From: Candidatus Iainarchaeum sp.
GTDB taxonomy: Archaea; Iainarchaeota; Iainarchaeia; Iainarchaeales; JAAZKV01
Direction: 5' to 3'
Assembly: GCA_026397015.1 (NCBI GenBank)
Contig: JAPLVR010000006.1
Location: forward strand, 96,001-160,000
Length of the DNA stretch: 64,000 bases
Part shown: piece by piece, positions 49,782 through 58,049 of the stretch
Numbering within the stretch: position 1 is the first letter of the stretch
Layout: each line of letters starts with the position of its first letter
Notes under the pieces: generated by a model
Database searches by the model: none
Seen by the model: only the letters and a program-made list of their open reading frames with translations
Told to the model about the DNA's origin: nothing
Program-made: the position numbers and the translations under genes

Positions 49782-51146
49782 ATGAAACCACTGTACCAAA
49801 GTGTTTTGAAAAAATTTACTCCTGCTCAAAGGGAGCTAGCGCTGGAGAAGGCGCTCGTCGAAAAAATAAGAGAAAAAATCGAAAACATCGAAGGAAAACA
49901 TTCGCATATCGAGTGGTGCGGAAGCTCTGCAAGAGGAACCCATCTTCGCGGAGACAGGGACATCGATTTATTTGTGATGTTCGACCAAAAAATTTCAGAC
50001 ACTGAATTGGAAAAAGAAGGTTTGCGGATTGGAAAAGCGGTTTTCAGGGGAAAAAAGTGGAAAAAAGCGTATTCACAGCATCCTTACATACGCGGAACAT
50101 TAGAAGGGTTTGACGTTGAAATAGTTCCAAGCTACATTGTCGAACACGGGCATTTAAAGAAAAGCGCGGTGGATAGGACACCTTTCCACAACAGGTGGCT
50201 CCTCCAAAGGCTTAATGAAAAGAAGCAAAAAGAAATTAGGCTTCTGAAACAATTCATGAAAGGAATCAACGCTTACGGTGCAGACCTGAAAAACAACGCG
50301 CTGCCGGGGTACGGAATTGAACTGCTTGTAACAACTTACGGAACTTTTGAGAACGCGATAAAACAAATCGCTTCATGGAAGCCCGGAAAAATAATTTCAT
50401 TCGGCGCGGATGAAAAAATTGCGAAAGAAAACTTCAAAGGGGCGCCGCTAATACTAATAGACCCTGTAGATGAAAACAGAAACGTGGCTTCGGCGCTATC
50501 CCTTGAACAATTCGAAAGAATGATTCTCGCCGCAAAACTTTTCCTAAAAAAACCCTCTGCGAAATTCTTCTTCGGTGCGAAAACCGAAAAATGGCCGAAA
50601 GAAAAAGTTGAGAAAATGCTCAAGAAAACGGAAATAATTTCAATAAAAGGAAAATTTCCTGCAACGATTTTGCCGGATTTAATCTGGGGACAGCTGGCGC
50701 GCTACGAAAAAAAAGTTTCAACCCATTTGAAGGAAAAAGACTTCTCAATTATTAGAAGCGCGCACTGGAGCGACGAAAAAGACGTTTTTTTCCTCTTTGA
50801 ACTGGAAGCGCTTGAACTGCAGAAAGCGAAAAAAATAACCGGACCTTTTGCAAGCGATTCCGAGAATGCGAAAAGATTTTTGGAGAAAAAAAGAAAAATA
50901 CTTTCCGGGCCGCGCGTCGAAAACGGGAGGCTTGTGCTGGAAATCGAGCGGAAAGAAGAGGAAACTTCCGCGAAAAAAATACTCGAAAAGTTTTTGAAAA
51001 AAAGCAAATGCGAGGAGAAATCAGGGATAAGGATTTGCATCAAAAGCGCGAAAGTGCTGGCTGAAAAGGACTTGCTCCGCGAATACAAGGGGAAATTCGC
51101 CGAATATTTCACGCTTTATCTGGGCGGAAAAGAGGTTTTTGAATAA
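49782..51146 (+). CDS. cca: CCA-adding enzyme (class I)
   Basis: GSSARGTHLRGDRDIDLF, HPYI, SAVDRTPFH, IDPVDENRNVASA. Confidence 0.96.
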   Translation: MKPLYQSVLKKFTPAQRELALEKALVEKIREKIENIEGKHSHIEWCGSSARGTHLRGDRDIDLFVMFDQKISDTELEKEGLRIGKAVFRGKKWKKAYSQHPYIRGTLEGFDVEIVPSYIVEHGHLKKSAVDRTPFHNRWLLQRLNEKKQKEIRLLKQFMKGINAYGADLKNNALPGYGIELLVTTYGTFENAIKQIASWKPGKIISFGADEKIAKENFKGAPLILIDPVDENRNVASALSLEQFERMILAAKLFLKKPSAKFFFGAKTEKWPKEKVEKMLKKTEIISIKGKFPATILPDLIWGQLARYEKKVSTHLKEKDFSIIRSAHWSDEKDVFFLFELEALELQKAKKITGPFASDSENAKRFLEKKRKILSGPRVENGRLVLEIERKEEETSAKKILEKFLKKSKCEEKSGIRICIKSAKVLAEKDLLREYKGKFAEYFTLYLGGKEVFE

Positions 51147-51168
51147 GTGGATCTTGGTGGGATTGCAC
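51146..51168 (-). repeat. Degenerate copy of the tRNA-Ala 3' end (att-like island boundary)
   Basis: AGTGGATCTTGGTGGGATTGCAC vs 52647-52669 AGTGGACTCTGGGGGAATCGAAC: 16/23 identical, ungapped. Confidence 0.45.
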
Positions 51169-51209
51169 ACTTGGCATATTGCCTGTTCATAAAATTGGTT
51201 TTATTTTGG

Positions 51210-52274
51210 TTATTTCAGCAATTCATAAATACAATGCATATTTCCTTCCCTCATTACCCAGCAGCCCCCAAAACATGAATATTTGCTTTTGCAGGCTGCA
51301 CACTTCGGATCGGCCTCAATTATGCTTCGACTCCGATACCTCCTGAAGCCGTTTTTCCAGATTTCTAAAAAAGGCTTTTCAATTGCAGAACCCTCCCTAT
51401 ACTTGGGAATATCCGGCTGCTCTGGACAACCCCTAACATTTCCGTCGACACCTATACAACAGGCAGTAAATCCTATGGTGCACACAAGTGGCTCGCTTCG
51501 TATTCTTGTCTCATACTCTGCCAAAAAAGGCAGGTTTTCGCCAATTTTTATGATTAATTTTCCTTTGTTACTTGATTTTACAAATTCAAAAAGTTTTTTC
51601 AACTCTGCAGGAGCTAGAAGAAGTTTTTTGGTCTGTGCCCTGCCTATTGGCATAACAACCGTAATTCTCCAAAGCCTGACATTTAACTCTAAAAGGATTT
51701 TAAGAAGCTTTTCAAGTTCATTTATGTTGCCGGGCGTAACTGTAGTTGCAACAGAAACAATCGGCACATTCCTTTCCTTCAACAATTTTATTGCATTTAT
51801 TGCCTTTTGATAGCTCTGCGAATTTCCACGGATCTTATTGTGTGTTTCTTCTGGACCGTCTAGGCTTATCTGAACAGAAGAAACACCTGCTTCTTTTATT
51901 TTGCTGGCCATTGCCGCATCAATAAAAAAACCGTTTGTGGCAATTCCGGTATCAATCCCCTTTGTTTTAGCGTATGACAGGATGCTCAGCAAATCGGTCC
52001 TCAACAGAGGCTCCCCGCCCGTAACTGCAAAAAACCCGACTCTTAATTCGGCAAGCTCGTCAATTATTTTTTTTATTTGGGGTTCGGTAAGTTCCTCTGA
52101 ATATTTTTCCTTTGTGGCGCCGCAATGTGCACAGTGGAGGTTGCACTTTCTTGTACAGTCCCACAAAACATAGTAGGGCGGATAAATTTTTCCCGTCCTG
52201 CTCAGCGTATTATTGAAACTGTCAAAAAATATTTGATCCCTTATCTCCGCAAAAAAATATCTCAGATTGAACAT
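51210..52274 (-). CDS. Radical SAM/SPASM peptide maturase (splicease-like)
   Basis: WDCTRKCNLHCAHC, TGGEPLLR, ISLDG, WRITVVMPIGRA; SPASM cysteines CTIG..CC..DGNVRGCP..CAAC..CFGGC. Confidence 0.9.
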   Translation of the reverse strand: MFNLRYFFAEIRDQIFFDSFNNTLSRTGKIYPPYYVLWDCTRKCNLHCAHCGATKEKYSEELTEPQIKKIIDELAELRVGFFAVTGGEPLLRTDLLSILSYAKTKGIDTGIATNGFFIDAAMASKIKEAGVSSVQISLDGPEETHNKIRGNSQSYQKAINAIKLLKERNVPIVSVATTVTPGNINELEKLLKILLELNVRLWRITVVMPIGRAQTKKLLLAPAELKKLFEFVKSSNKGKLIIKIGENLPFLAEYETRIRSEPLVCTIGFTACCIGVDGNVRGCPEQPDIPKYREGSAIEKPFLEIWKNGFRRYRSRSIIEADPKCAACKSKYSCFGGCWVMREGNMHCIYELLK

Positions 52275-52304
52275 ATAACAGAAAATAAGCCCTAAATATT
52301 TAAA

Positions 52305-52565
52305 CTACTTTGGAGGCGCTGGACCGTATTCTATCATAGTATTGGGCGGAGCAGGACCATAAGATACCATTGTGCTTGGAAGAATTACAAACAACAATAT
52401 AATCCCGGGAACAACAAATGTAAGTATTATTCCAAAAATTAAAAATATTTTCTTCTTTGTTTTGAGATATTTTTTAAGGCTGAATACGCCCCCGATTATG
52501 GAAGCGAAAAAAAGAATGACAGCTAATATCAAATATATTTCCATTTGTATGTTTAGGGCAACCAA
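52305..52565 (-). CDS. Two-TM membrane protein with C-terminal tandem TMxxYGPAPP repeats (putative rSAM substrate)
   Basis: Ends ...TMVSYGPAPPN-TMIEYGPAPPK; 30 bp upstream of the rSAM gene on the same strand. Confidence 0.8.
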   Translation of the reverse strand: MVALNIQMEIYLILAVILFFASIIGGVFSLKKYLKTKKKIFLIFGIILTFVVPGIILLFVILPSTMVSYGPAPPNTMIEYGPAPPK

Positions 52566-52648
52566 CTATATAAATATTCCTAAACTTTTTGGCGGATTAC
52601 GAATAATTGCTTTTACAACTTAAAACTTAATAAAATTGAATATTACAG

Positions 52649-52720
52649 TGGACTCTGGGGGAATCGAACCCCCAATCCCGACCATGCGAAGGTCGTGCCT
52701 TACCGTTAGGCCAAGAGCCC
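52649..52720 (-). tRNA. tRNA-Ala(CGC)
   Basis: Cloverleaf with acceptor GGGCTCT/AGAGTCC (G3:U70), anticodon arm CGACC-TTCGCAT-GGTCG, T-loop TTCGATT. Confidence 0.95.
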
Positions 52721-52722
52721 AA

Positions 52723-53244
52723 TCAAAATTCCGCCTCTTCCATATCAATATCAAGCAATCCTTCATTATCCTCCTTAAACACAAACTTTCCTTTTACTTT
52801 TTTGTTGCACAAAACAACTGGCAGCCAGTGCCTGTCATCCTGCCACATTTTATCAAACGGAATCTTTTTCACATGCGTCCAAATCGGTTTCATCTCCTCG
52901 CTCTCTTTAGGCTCGCCCTCCCAATCGCGCACCAAAAAAACATGGACCACCTGGTCCCAGTGCCACTTCTTATCTTCAGGGATTGATGGGAAAATAAATG
53001 TAAGCTCTGCCATTTTTTCAATATTTTCCGGATATGCATTCAATCCCGCCTCCTCCCACAGCTCACGGATGATCGCTTCCTCGACCGATTCCCCGTCTTC
53101 AACCTTTCCTCCAAAGCCGTTCATCTTTCCGCTTCCAAAACCCCTTTTTTTCATCCCGAGCAAAACATGCTCCACCGGGTCGCCCTTCACCAGAAAGCAG
53201 AGTGTCGCCTGCTTCAACCCCTTGTTGTCAATTTTTTTGCCCAT
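52723..53244 (-). CDS. NUDIX hydrolase, 8-oxo-dGTPase (MTH1-like)
   Basis: KKRGFGSG..NGFGGKVE..ESVEEAIIRELWEEAGL, ESEEM, MWQDD. Confidence 0.92.
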   Translation of the reverse strand: MGKKIDNKGLKQATLCFLVKGDPVEHVLLGMKKRGFGSGKMNGFGGKVEDGESVEEAIIRELWEEAGLNAYPENIEKMAELTFIFPSIPEDKKWHWDQVVHVFLVRDWEGEPKESEEMKPIWTHVKKIPFDKMWQDDRHWLPVVLCNKKVKGKFVFKEDNEGLLDIDMEEAEF

Positions 53245-53276
53245 AACAATACCTGTAAAAACCCTTTCTAAATCAC

Positions 53277-53879
53277 CTATGAAAAAACTTTTACATTGAG
53301 CTTTTCCAAATCTTTCTTCAACTGATTGTGATCCTTGTAGTGAATCACATTCATTCCAAGCTTTTTGGCGGGCACAAGATTTACTTCTTTGTCATCAATA
53401 AAAACTATTTTTTGGGGGGCAACGCCAAGCTCCTTCAGCGCAAATTCATAAAACTTCATATCTGGCTTCCTTAAGCCAATTTCTGCCGAGTTAAATATTT
53501 TTGAGAAAAAAGAGACATCCGCCTGACCAACAGAATGCGCCATAAACTCTATTGAGTTGTTCGAAAACCCTGCTAATTTGTATTTTTTCGAAACCTTTCT
53601 GTAAAATTCAATATTTTCGTGCAGGGGAACAATTGTTGCCAAAACTTCTTTTCTCAATTCTTCAATCGATTCATTTGTCCCAAGATTTTTTGCGACAACC
53701 CCCAAAAATTCCTCTTCGCCAATTTTTCCGGTTTCGTACCTGCGCCAATGCTCTCCCTTAAATGAAGAAAAAACCTTTTCTTCATTCAACCCTTTTTTCG
53801 CTTTATACCTTTCAGAAAATCCGGGAAAAATGTCGCTGAAAACAACCCCTCCAAAATCCGTCAAAATCACTTCGATCAT
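53277..53879 (-). CDS. HAD family phosphatase
   Basis: DFGGV, SNN, KPD, FIDD motifs. Confidence 0.9.
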   Translation of the reverse strand: MIEVILTDFGGVVFSDIFPGFSERYKAKKGLNEEKVFSSFKGEHWRRYETGKIGEEEFLGVVAKNLGTNESIEELRKEVLATIVPLHENIEFYRKVSKKYKLAGFSNNSIEFMAHSVGQADVSFFSKIFNSAEIGLRKPDMKFYEFALKELGVAPQKIVFIDDKEVNLVPAKKLGMNVIHYKDHNQLKKDLEKLNVKVFS

Positions 53880-53972
53880 CTTTCCACCGTGGCAATTCCA
53901 CAAAATTACTGAAAACAAGCCTTTTTTAGATTTTGTTTTTGAAAAATAATCAATAAAAATAAGAACGGCGGG

Positions 53973-54836
53973 CTAATTGTCCCCCTTTAAGGCAATTACC
54001 GCGCTGCCGGCCAAAACGAGAACGCCCCCGATGACAACTATTCCTGATGGAATGCTGACCGCGAAAATAAGTGAATAAATGAGGGCGAAGGTTGCCTCGT
54101 TGATTTTTATTGCAGTGGCGTAAGCCAGCTTTATCTCTTTCAAGCCTTTATAGAAAAGGGTCATTCCGATTACGACGCTTAAAGCAGACCCAAAAAAAAT
54201 CAAACCTGCCTGTTCGATTGAGGGGATGACGAACGGCTGGCCCGTAAATAACAGAATGGGAATCGCAAAAAAAATTGCTGAAAAAGTCCTGATGGCGTTC
54301 ACTACAAACGGCGTGGAGTTCAGAGACGCCTTTTTGGCCGAAAGGTATGCAAGCGAATAAAAAAATGCCGATAGAATCCCAAAAAATGTGCCCCCGGAAA
54401 CCAAAAGCGTCTTGTCAAAATTCATCAGTGTGGCGCCGGCCAATACCACTATGATGCCGCCCATTTTGAACCTGTTCAATGTTTCCCTGAAAAAAATAAA
54501 CCCGAACAATGCCGAAAAAACGACCATGGATTGGACCAGCAGCGCGGTGGCGCCCCCGCCGACCAGCGAAATGCCTAACAAGGAAAAAAAAGTTGCAAGT
54601 ATATTAAAGAAGCCGGACAGGACCATCTGTTTTTTTCCGCGAGCAGAAAGCAATTCCTTCCTGTAAAAACAGATGCCGATTGGAAGAAGAAGCAGCCCTC
54701 CGAAAAAAAACCAGTAAAAATTCACAATTTGGGGAGAGAGGCTCTGGACCAACAGGCTGCTTATCACCCAAAAAGTTCCCAAAAAAGCGGCCGAAAGAAA
54801 AACGTAAAAGGCACCGGCCAAAGAAGTCCTATCCAT
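53973..54836 (-). CDS. DMT/EamA family transporter
   Basis: About 10 TM helices in two repeats; FFRE motif. Confidence 0.88.
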   Translation of the reverse strand: MDRTSLAGAFYVFLSAAFLGTFWVISSLLVQSLSPQIVNFYWFFFGGLLLLPIGICFYRKELLSARGKKQMVLSGFFNILATFFSLLGISLVGGGATALLVQSMVVFSALFGFIFFRETLNRFKMGGIIVVLAGATLMNFDKTLLVSGGTFFGILSAFFYSLAYLSAKKASLNSTPFVVNAIRTFSAIFFAIPILLFTGQPFVIPSIEQAGLIFFGSALSVVIGMTLFYKGLKEIKLAYATAIKINEATFALIYSLIFAVSIPSGIVVIGGVLVLAGSAVIALKGDN

Positions 54837-54880
54837 ACAACCAACAAATAAAACAAAAGTTTATATCAATAAGCAGGCAG

Positions 54881-54988
54881 TTTTTGCCAGCGCTTTTTTC
54901 GCCAGCCTTTTTTTCAAAAGGGCAAGTTCGCTATCAGCGAACACATTTTTGCCAGCGTTTTTTCGCCGGCCTTTTTTCTAAAAAGGCC
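54881..54988. repeat. Pair of palindromic repeats separated by a hairpin
   Basis: TTTTTGCCAGCG..TTTTTCGCC(A/G)GCCTTTTTT..AAAAGG at 54881 and 54946; spacer GTTCGCT-ATC-AGCGAAC. Confidence 0.75.
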
Positions 54989-55972
54989 GAATGCAGCCGC
55001 CGGGACTCTTTTCCTGTTGGCTGGTAGTTTGAGGTTGGTTGTTTGTAGAGGGGTGCATTCGAATCCGTTCTGATTGATTTACCTTTCCTTCCATTTAATC
55101 AACTCCTTTATTGAATTAAGCCAATAAAAACACAATTTTCTTTATCATAAGCAATTGCTCCGTCAGTATAGCTCGAATTTAACATTATTTCTCTGTGACC
55201 AGTGGTGCTTCCCATCCACAAACTTAATGCCCTTATACAATTTGACCCGGCAATATTTTCCCCAGAACTATACCCTGACCTCAAAATTATTCCAAAGCGG
55301 CTAACATAATCATCAAAATATTTCCCATCAGAATCTTGATGATCACAACGTGTATAATTACAAAGATCCTTAGACGCTTGAAATTTTACCAATTCATAAA
55401 TCTTGTCATTCCATTTTAGCCGCATTAAGCCATTCTCTTCCCGGATATCATTAAGCTCTTCAAAACTTTCGACATCAATTTCTTTTTGCGATTTACTTGG
55501 TTGGCTTATCACAATTTCTACTAAATCGGGTTCACTTATTGGATCACTTTGATTATCATTCACCAAATCATTTTCAATCGGGTTATTGTTATCCAAGAAA
55601 GGTTGGCTATTAGAATCAATTTCTTGATTAGGGTTCATTTTTATTTGCAACAATAAATACGCCCCAAATGTAACAAGCACTAATAATATTATACAAGCAA
55701 AAATTGTTTCAGCATGGGGAAATGAACTCATACCGTGCGCTATTTTAATATGGGTTCTTGGGCGAGGGTTAAATCTATTGTGTCTTTTTTGAACAGAATA
55801 ATGATAATTGCACAAGCCTGAAGAGAAATACTTCCATTTAGCTATTTTTTTTCCACATCTTTTGCAATGATAACTCATTCAAATCAACTCTTATGTTTAG
55901 AACAGGTATTCGCACCCACTACAGACTCAAAACTACCAACTAATTGAATGCAGCCGCCGGGGCTCGAACCCG
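54989..55972. mobile_element. Integrase-less mini-island bounded by tRNA-3'-end direct repeats and inner inverted repeats
   Basis: GAATGCAGCCGCCGGG(A/G)CTC at 54989-55008 and 55946-55965; imperfect IRs at 55022-55071 and 55899-55938; AT-rich cargo. Confidence 0.65.
55108..55878 (-). CDS. CAP/SCP domain protein with N-terminal Zn-finger-like motif and TM helix
   Basis: CKRC...CNYH; TM helix; LNDIREENGL..L.W, GENIA, WMGSTTGHREIML. Confidence 0.85.
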   Translation of the reverse strand: MSYHCKRCGKKIAKWKYFSSGLCNYHYSVQKRHNRFNPRPRTHIKIAHGMSSFPHAETIFACIILLVLVTFGAYLLLQIKMNPNQEIDSNSQPFLDNNNPIENDLVNDNQSDPISEPDLVEIVISQPSKSQKEIDVESFEELNDIREENGLMRLKWNDKIYELVKFQASKDLCNYTRCDHQDSDGKYFDDYVSRFGIILRSGYSSGENIAGSNCIRALSLWMGSTTGHREIMLNSSYTDGAIAYDKENCVFIGLIQ

Positions 55973-55996
55973 AAGCAATCTTTTTTTGTACCATTA

Positions 55997-56068
55997 TGCG
56001 GCTTACGGGAATTGAACCCGTTCATCCACCTTGGGAAGGTGGAATCATAACCGTTAGACCAAAGCCGC
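55997..56068 (-). tRNA. tRNA-Gly(CCC)
   Basis: Acceptor GCGGCTT/AAGCCGC, anticodon arm CCACC-TTCCCAA-GGTGG, T-loop TTCAATT. Confidence 0.93.
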
Positions 56069-56077
56069 CCTAAACTT

Positions 56078-56152
56078 ATTTTCGCCAGCCTTTTGGAAAA
56101 AGGCACGCCTGCAAAGCAGGCAATTTTTTGCCGGCTTTTTTCTAAAAAGCCG
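56078..56152. repeat. Second pair of palindromic repeats with hairpin spacer, between tRNAs
   Basis: TTTCGCCAGCCTTTTGGAAAAAGGC and TTTTGCCGGCTTTTTTCTAAAAAGCCG; spacer GCCTGC-AAA-GCAGGC. Confidence 0.75.
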
Positions 56153-56154
56153 AA

Positions 56155-56243
56155 CGGGCCTAGAGGGAATCGAACCCCCATCCCAAGATCTCTTCACATT
56201 AAAATTCCGAAGTCTTGTCGGCTATCCATTACCACATAGGCCC
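56155..56243 (-). tRNA. tRNA-Arg(TCG) with 17-nt intron at 37/38 (56190-56206)
   Basis: Acceptor GGGCCTA/TAGGCCC; CAAGA-CTTCGG^A-TCTTG; BHB motif with CTTC/GAAG helix and 3-nt bulges. Confidence 0.92.
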
Positions 56244-56271
56244 CTTGAAAGAATAATTCGCCGCGCTATTT

Positions 56272-57192
56272 TTAATCTTTGGGTAAGGGCACATTCAGAT
56301 TGTTCATCAAGGCCAGTCGCCTGCCAACTATTTTTGGCAAAATTTTTTCCGAATCGATAACTGGACCCTCATAAAATTCATTTGGATTAACAACCCCTGA
56401 TAAAATATTCTTTTGATTTTTGAGAACCAGATTTGGCGGCATAAAACCAAATCTTTTCCAAATCAAAAATCTGTTGTATTTCATATTATTTTTGAAGCCA
56501 ATATTGTGCATCCACAGAATGATGTTCTGATCACCCATTATTGACAGCCTATAAGAATCGTGATTAATTGGGCCCTTTATTTGGCGAGACATCGAAAACT
56601 GAAACCCAGTGTTAATTAAAAGTTTTCCAACACCATCGCATAATTCTTTTGAACAAATGCCCACACAAATAATAGGATATGTGTGCCGCTTCTTATGAAT
56701 TTCTCTATAACCTGACCCGCCCCTTTTTTTGAAATAAATTGTGCCATCTGTATCAAATAACCCTCTTAAAAAACCATAAATAACATCCAAATTCCTCGAA
56801 TTGAGAATTTGTTCTGGAATAGCCACTGTCAAAGTTTTCTTCCCATATGGAAAGCCCTGAGAGTGCATAAATTCGCACACTTTTCTGTTGCAAATCAGAA
56901 ACCCATAAGTATTTCTGTGAGGAAAAAATTTTGGTTTTATTTTAATACCAAAAACCCTTTCAAATAACGGAACAACGTGTTCATCGTAATATTCTTTTTC
57001 GTCAACATTACCGCTTATGTCAAGTTCGAAATGCCTGTTGTTGCGATTCCGCAAATATCCGTCGCCCGCATGAATGCCGCAAACTTCTGCCAAGTCCGGC
57101 GTCATTTCAAGATTCAAAGTTGACTCGCCCAAAGAATTTTGATTCAGCAATTTAAAACTGTTTTGTGAGTTTGATGCCGGTGATGGATTCAT
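56272..57192 (-). CDS. Free-standing LAGLIDADG (DOD-type) endonuclease-like protein
   Basis: Two motifs, LAEVCGIHAGDG and FLRGLFDTDG. Confidence 0.88.
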   Translation of the reverse strand: MNPSPASNSQNSFKLLNQNSLGESTLNLEMTPDLAEVCGIHAGDGYLRNRNNRHFELDISGNVDEKEYYDEHVVPLFERVFGIKIKPKFFPHRNTYGFLICNRKVCEFMHSQGFPYGKKTLTVAIPEQILNSRNLDVIYGFLRGLFDTDGTIYFKKRGGSGYREIHKKRHTYPIICVGICSKELCDGVGKLLINTGFQFSMSRQIKGPINHDSYRLSIMGDQNIILWMHNIGFKNNMKYNRFLIWKRFGFMPPNLVLKNQKNILSGVVNPNEFYEGPVIDSEKILPKIVGRRLALMNNLNVPLPKD

Positions 57193-57425
57193 TCCACCAC
57201 CTCATCATCAAAATCGTCTTCAGAATTCTCCGATACATATTCGAGAATCCAGAGTTCTCTCGAATCCAAGAGTTCCGGGCAATTCCTTGCCAACTTCTTT
57301 ACTGATTTTATTTCCTCTTCTGAGGGAACAAGACAATCATCAATATTAGAAAAAACCATTTGAGCCACCTCCGCAAAAAAATTCCAAGAGCGGAGGTGGC
57401 AATGGCTTTCATTTGACGCAATCAT
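57189..57425 (-). CDS. Small acidic hypothetical protein
   Basis: Overlaps the LAGLIDADG start (ATGA); true start likely ATG 57359 after GGAGG. Confidence 0.45.
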   Translation of the reverse strand: MIASNESHCHLRSWNFFAEVAQMVFSNIDDCLVPSEEEIKSVKKLARNCPELLDSRELWILEYVSENSEDDFDDEVVE

Positions 57426-57518
57426 TTAATAATTCTGGCAAAAGGCATCTGAAAGGCTTATTAAAGGTTTCTTTCAAGAAAATTGTTAAAGTTTTTTGAG
57501 AGCTTGCTGGTGAGCGGA

Positions 57519-57674
57519 ATGAAGAAGTGCGGAACATGCAATACAACGATAACACGGGATTACATAAACTTTAAGTGCCCGTCATGTGGAAAGGGGCAGA
57601 TAGTGCGGTGCGAGCACTGCAAGGAAACTGCGAAAACATACACTTGCACAGAGTGCGGATTCATGGGCCCATAA
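57519..57674 (+). CDS. Zn-ribbon protein (DUF1610/HVO_2753 family)
   Basis: CGTC..FKCPSCG..IVRCEHC..YTCTECGFMGP; upstream of EF-1beta. Confidence 0.92.
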   Translation: MKKCGTCNTTITRDYINFKCPSCGKGQIVRCEHCKETAKTYTCTECGFMGP

Positions 57675-57710
57675 AAGGGCTAAAAAAAATTCTTATTTCT
57701 GGTGAAAGCA

Positions 57711-57968
57711 ATGGGAAACGCGCTCGTAATATTCAAGGTCTTTGCTGACCCTGAACAGCTGAATTCTGTCGAAGCAGAACTGAGGAAAATTGACACCGAC
57801 CAATTCAGGGATTTGAAGCGCGAACCAATAGGATTCGGTATTGAAGTAATAAGGGTCGGATATATTATTCCCGACAAGGTGGACGGGGCGCTGGAAAAGC
57901 TTGAAAATGCGGTAAGAACGGTAAAGGGAATAAATGAAGTCGAAGTTGATGGTGTAACATTATTGTAA
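57711..57968 (+). CDS. ef1b: Elongation factor 1-beta
   Basis: EPIGFGI motif; typical size and conserved context. Confidence 0.92.
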   Translation: MGNALVIFKVFADPEQLNSVEAELRKIDTDQFRDLKREPIGFGIEVIRVGYIIPDKVDGALEKLENAVRTVKGINEVEVDGVTLL

Positions 57969-58049
57969 AAACAATTCGCAATTTTGAATGCAAATCAGTG
58001 GCACGGAGCCAAGCGAGTTTTTTTATTACTTTTTCAGCCTAATTCTTGG

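Noticed and set aside
54881-54988. CRISPR array
   Set aside because: Only two degenerate copies per site, short palindromic spacers and no cas genes.
55946-55980. 3' half of a trans-spliced (split) tRNA
   Set aside because: Only the T-arm and acceptor strand are present, with no anticodon-stem strand or GC-rich pairing leader. Its duplicate at 54989 fits an att site better.
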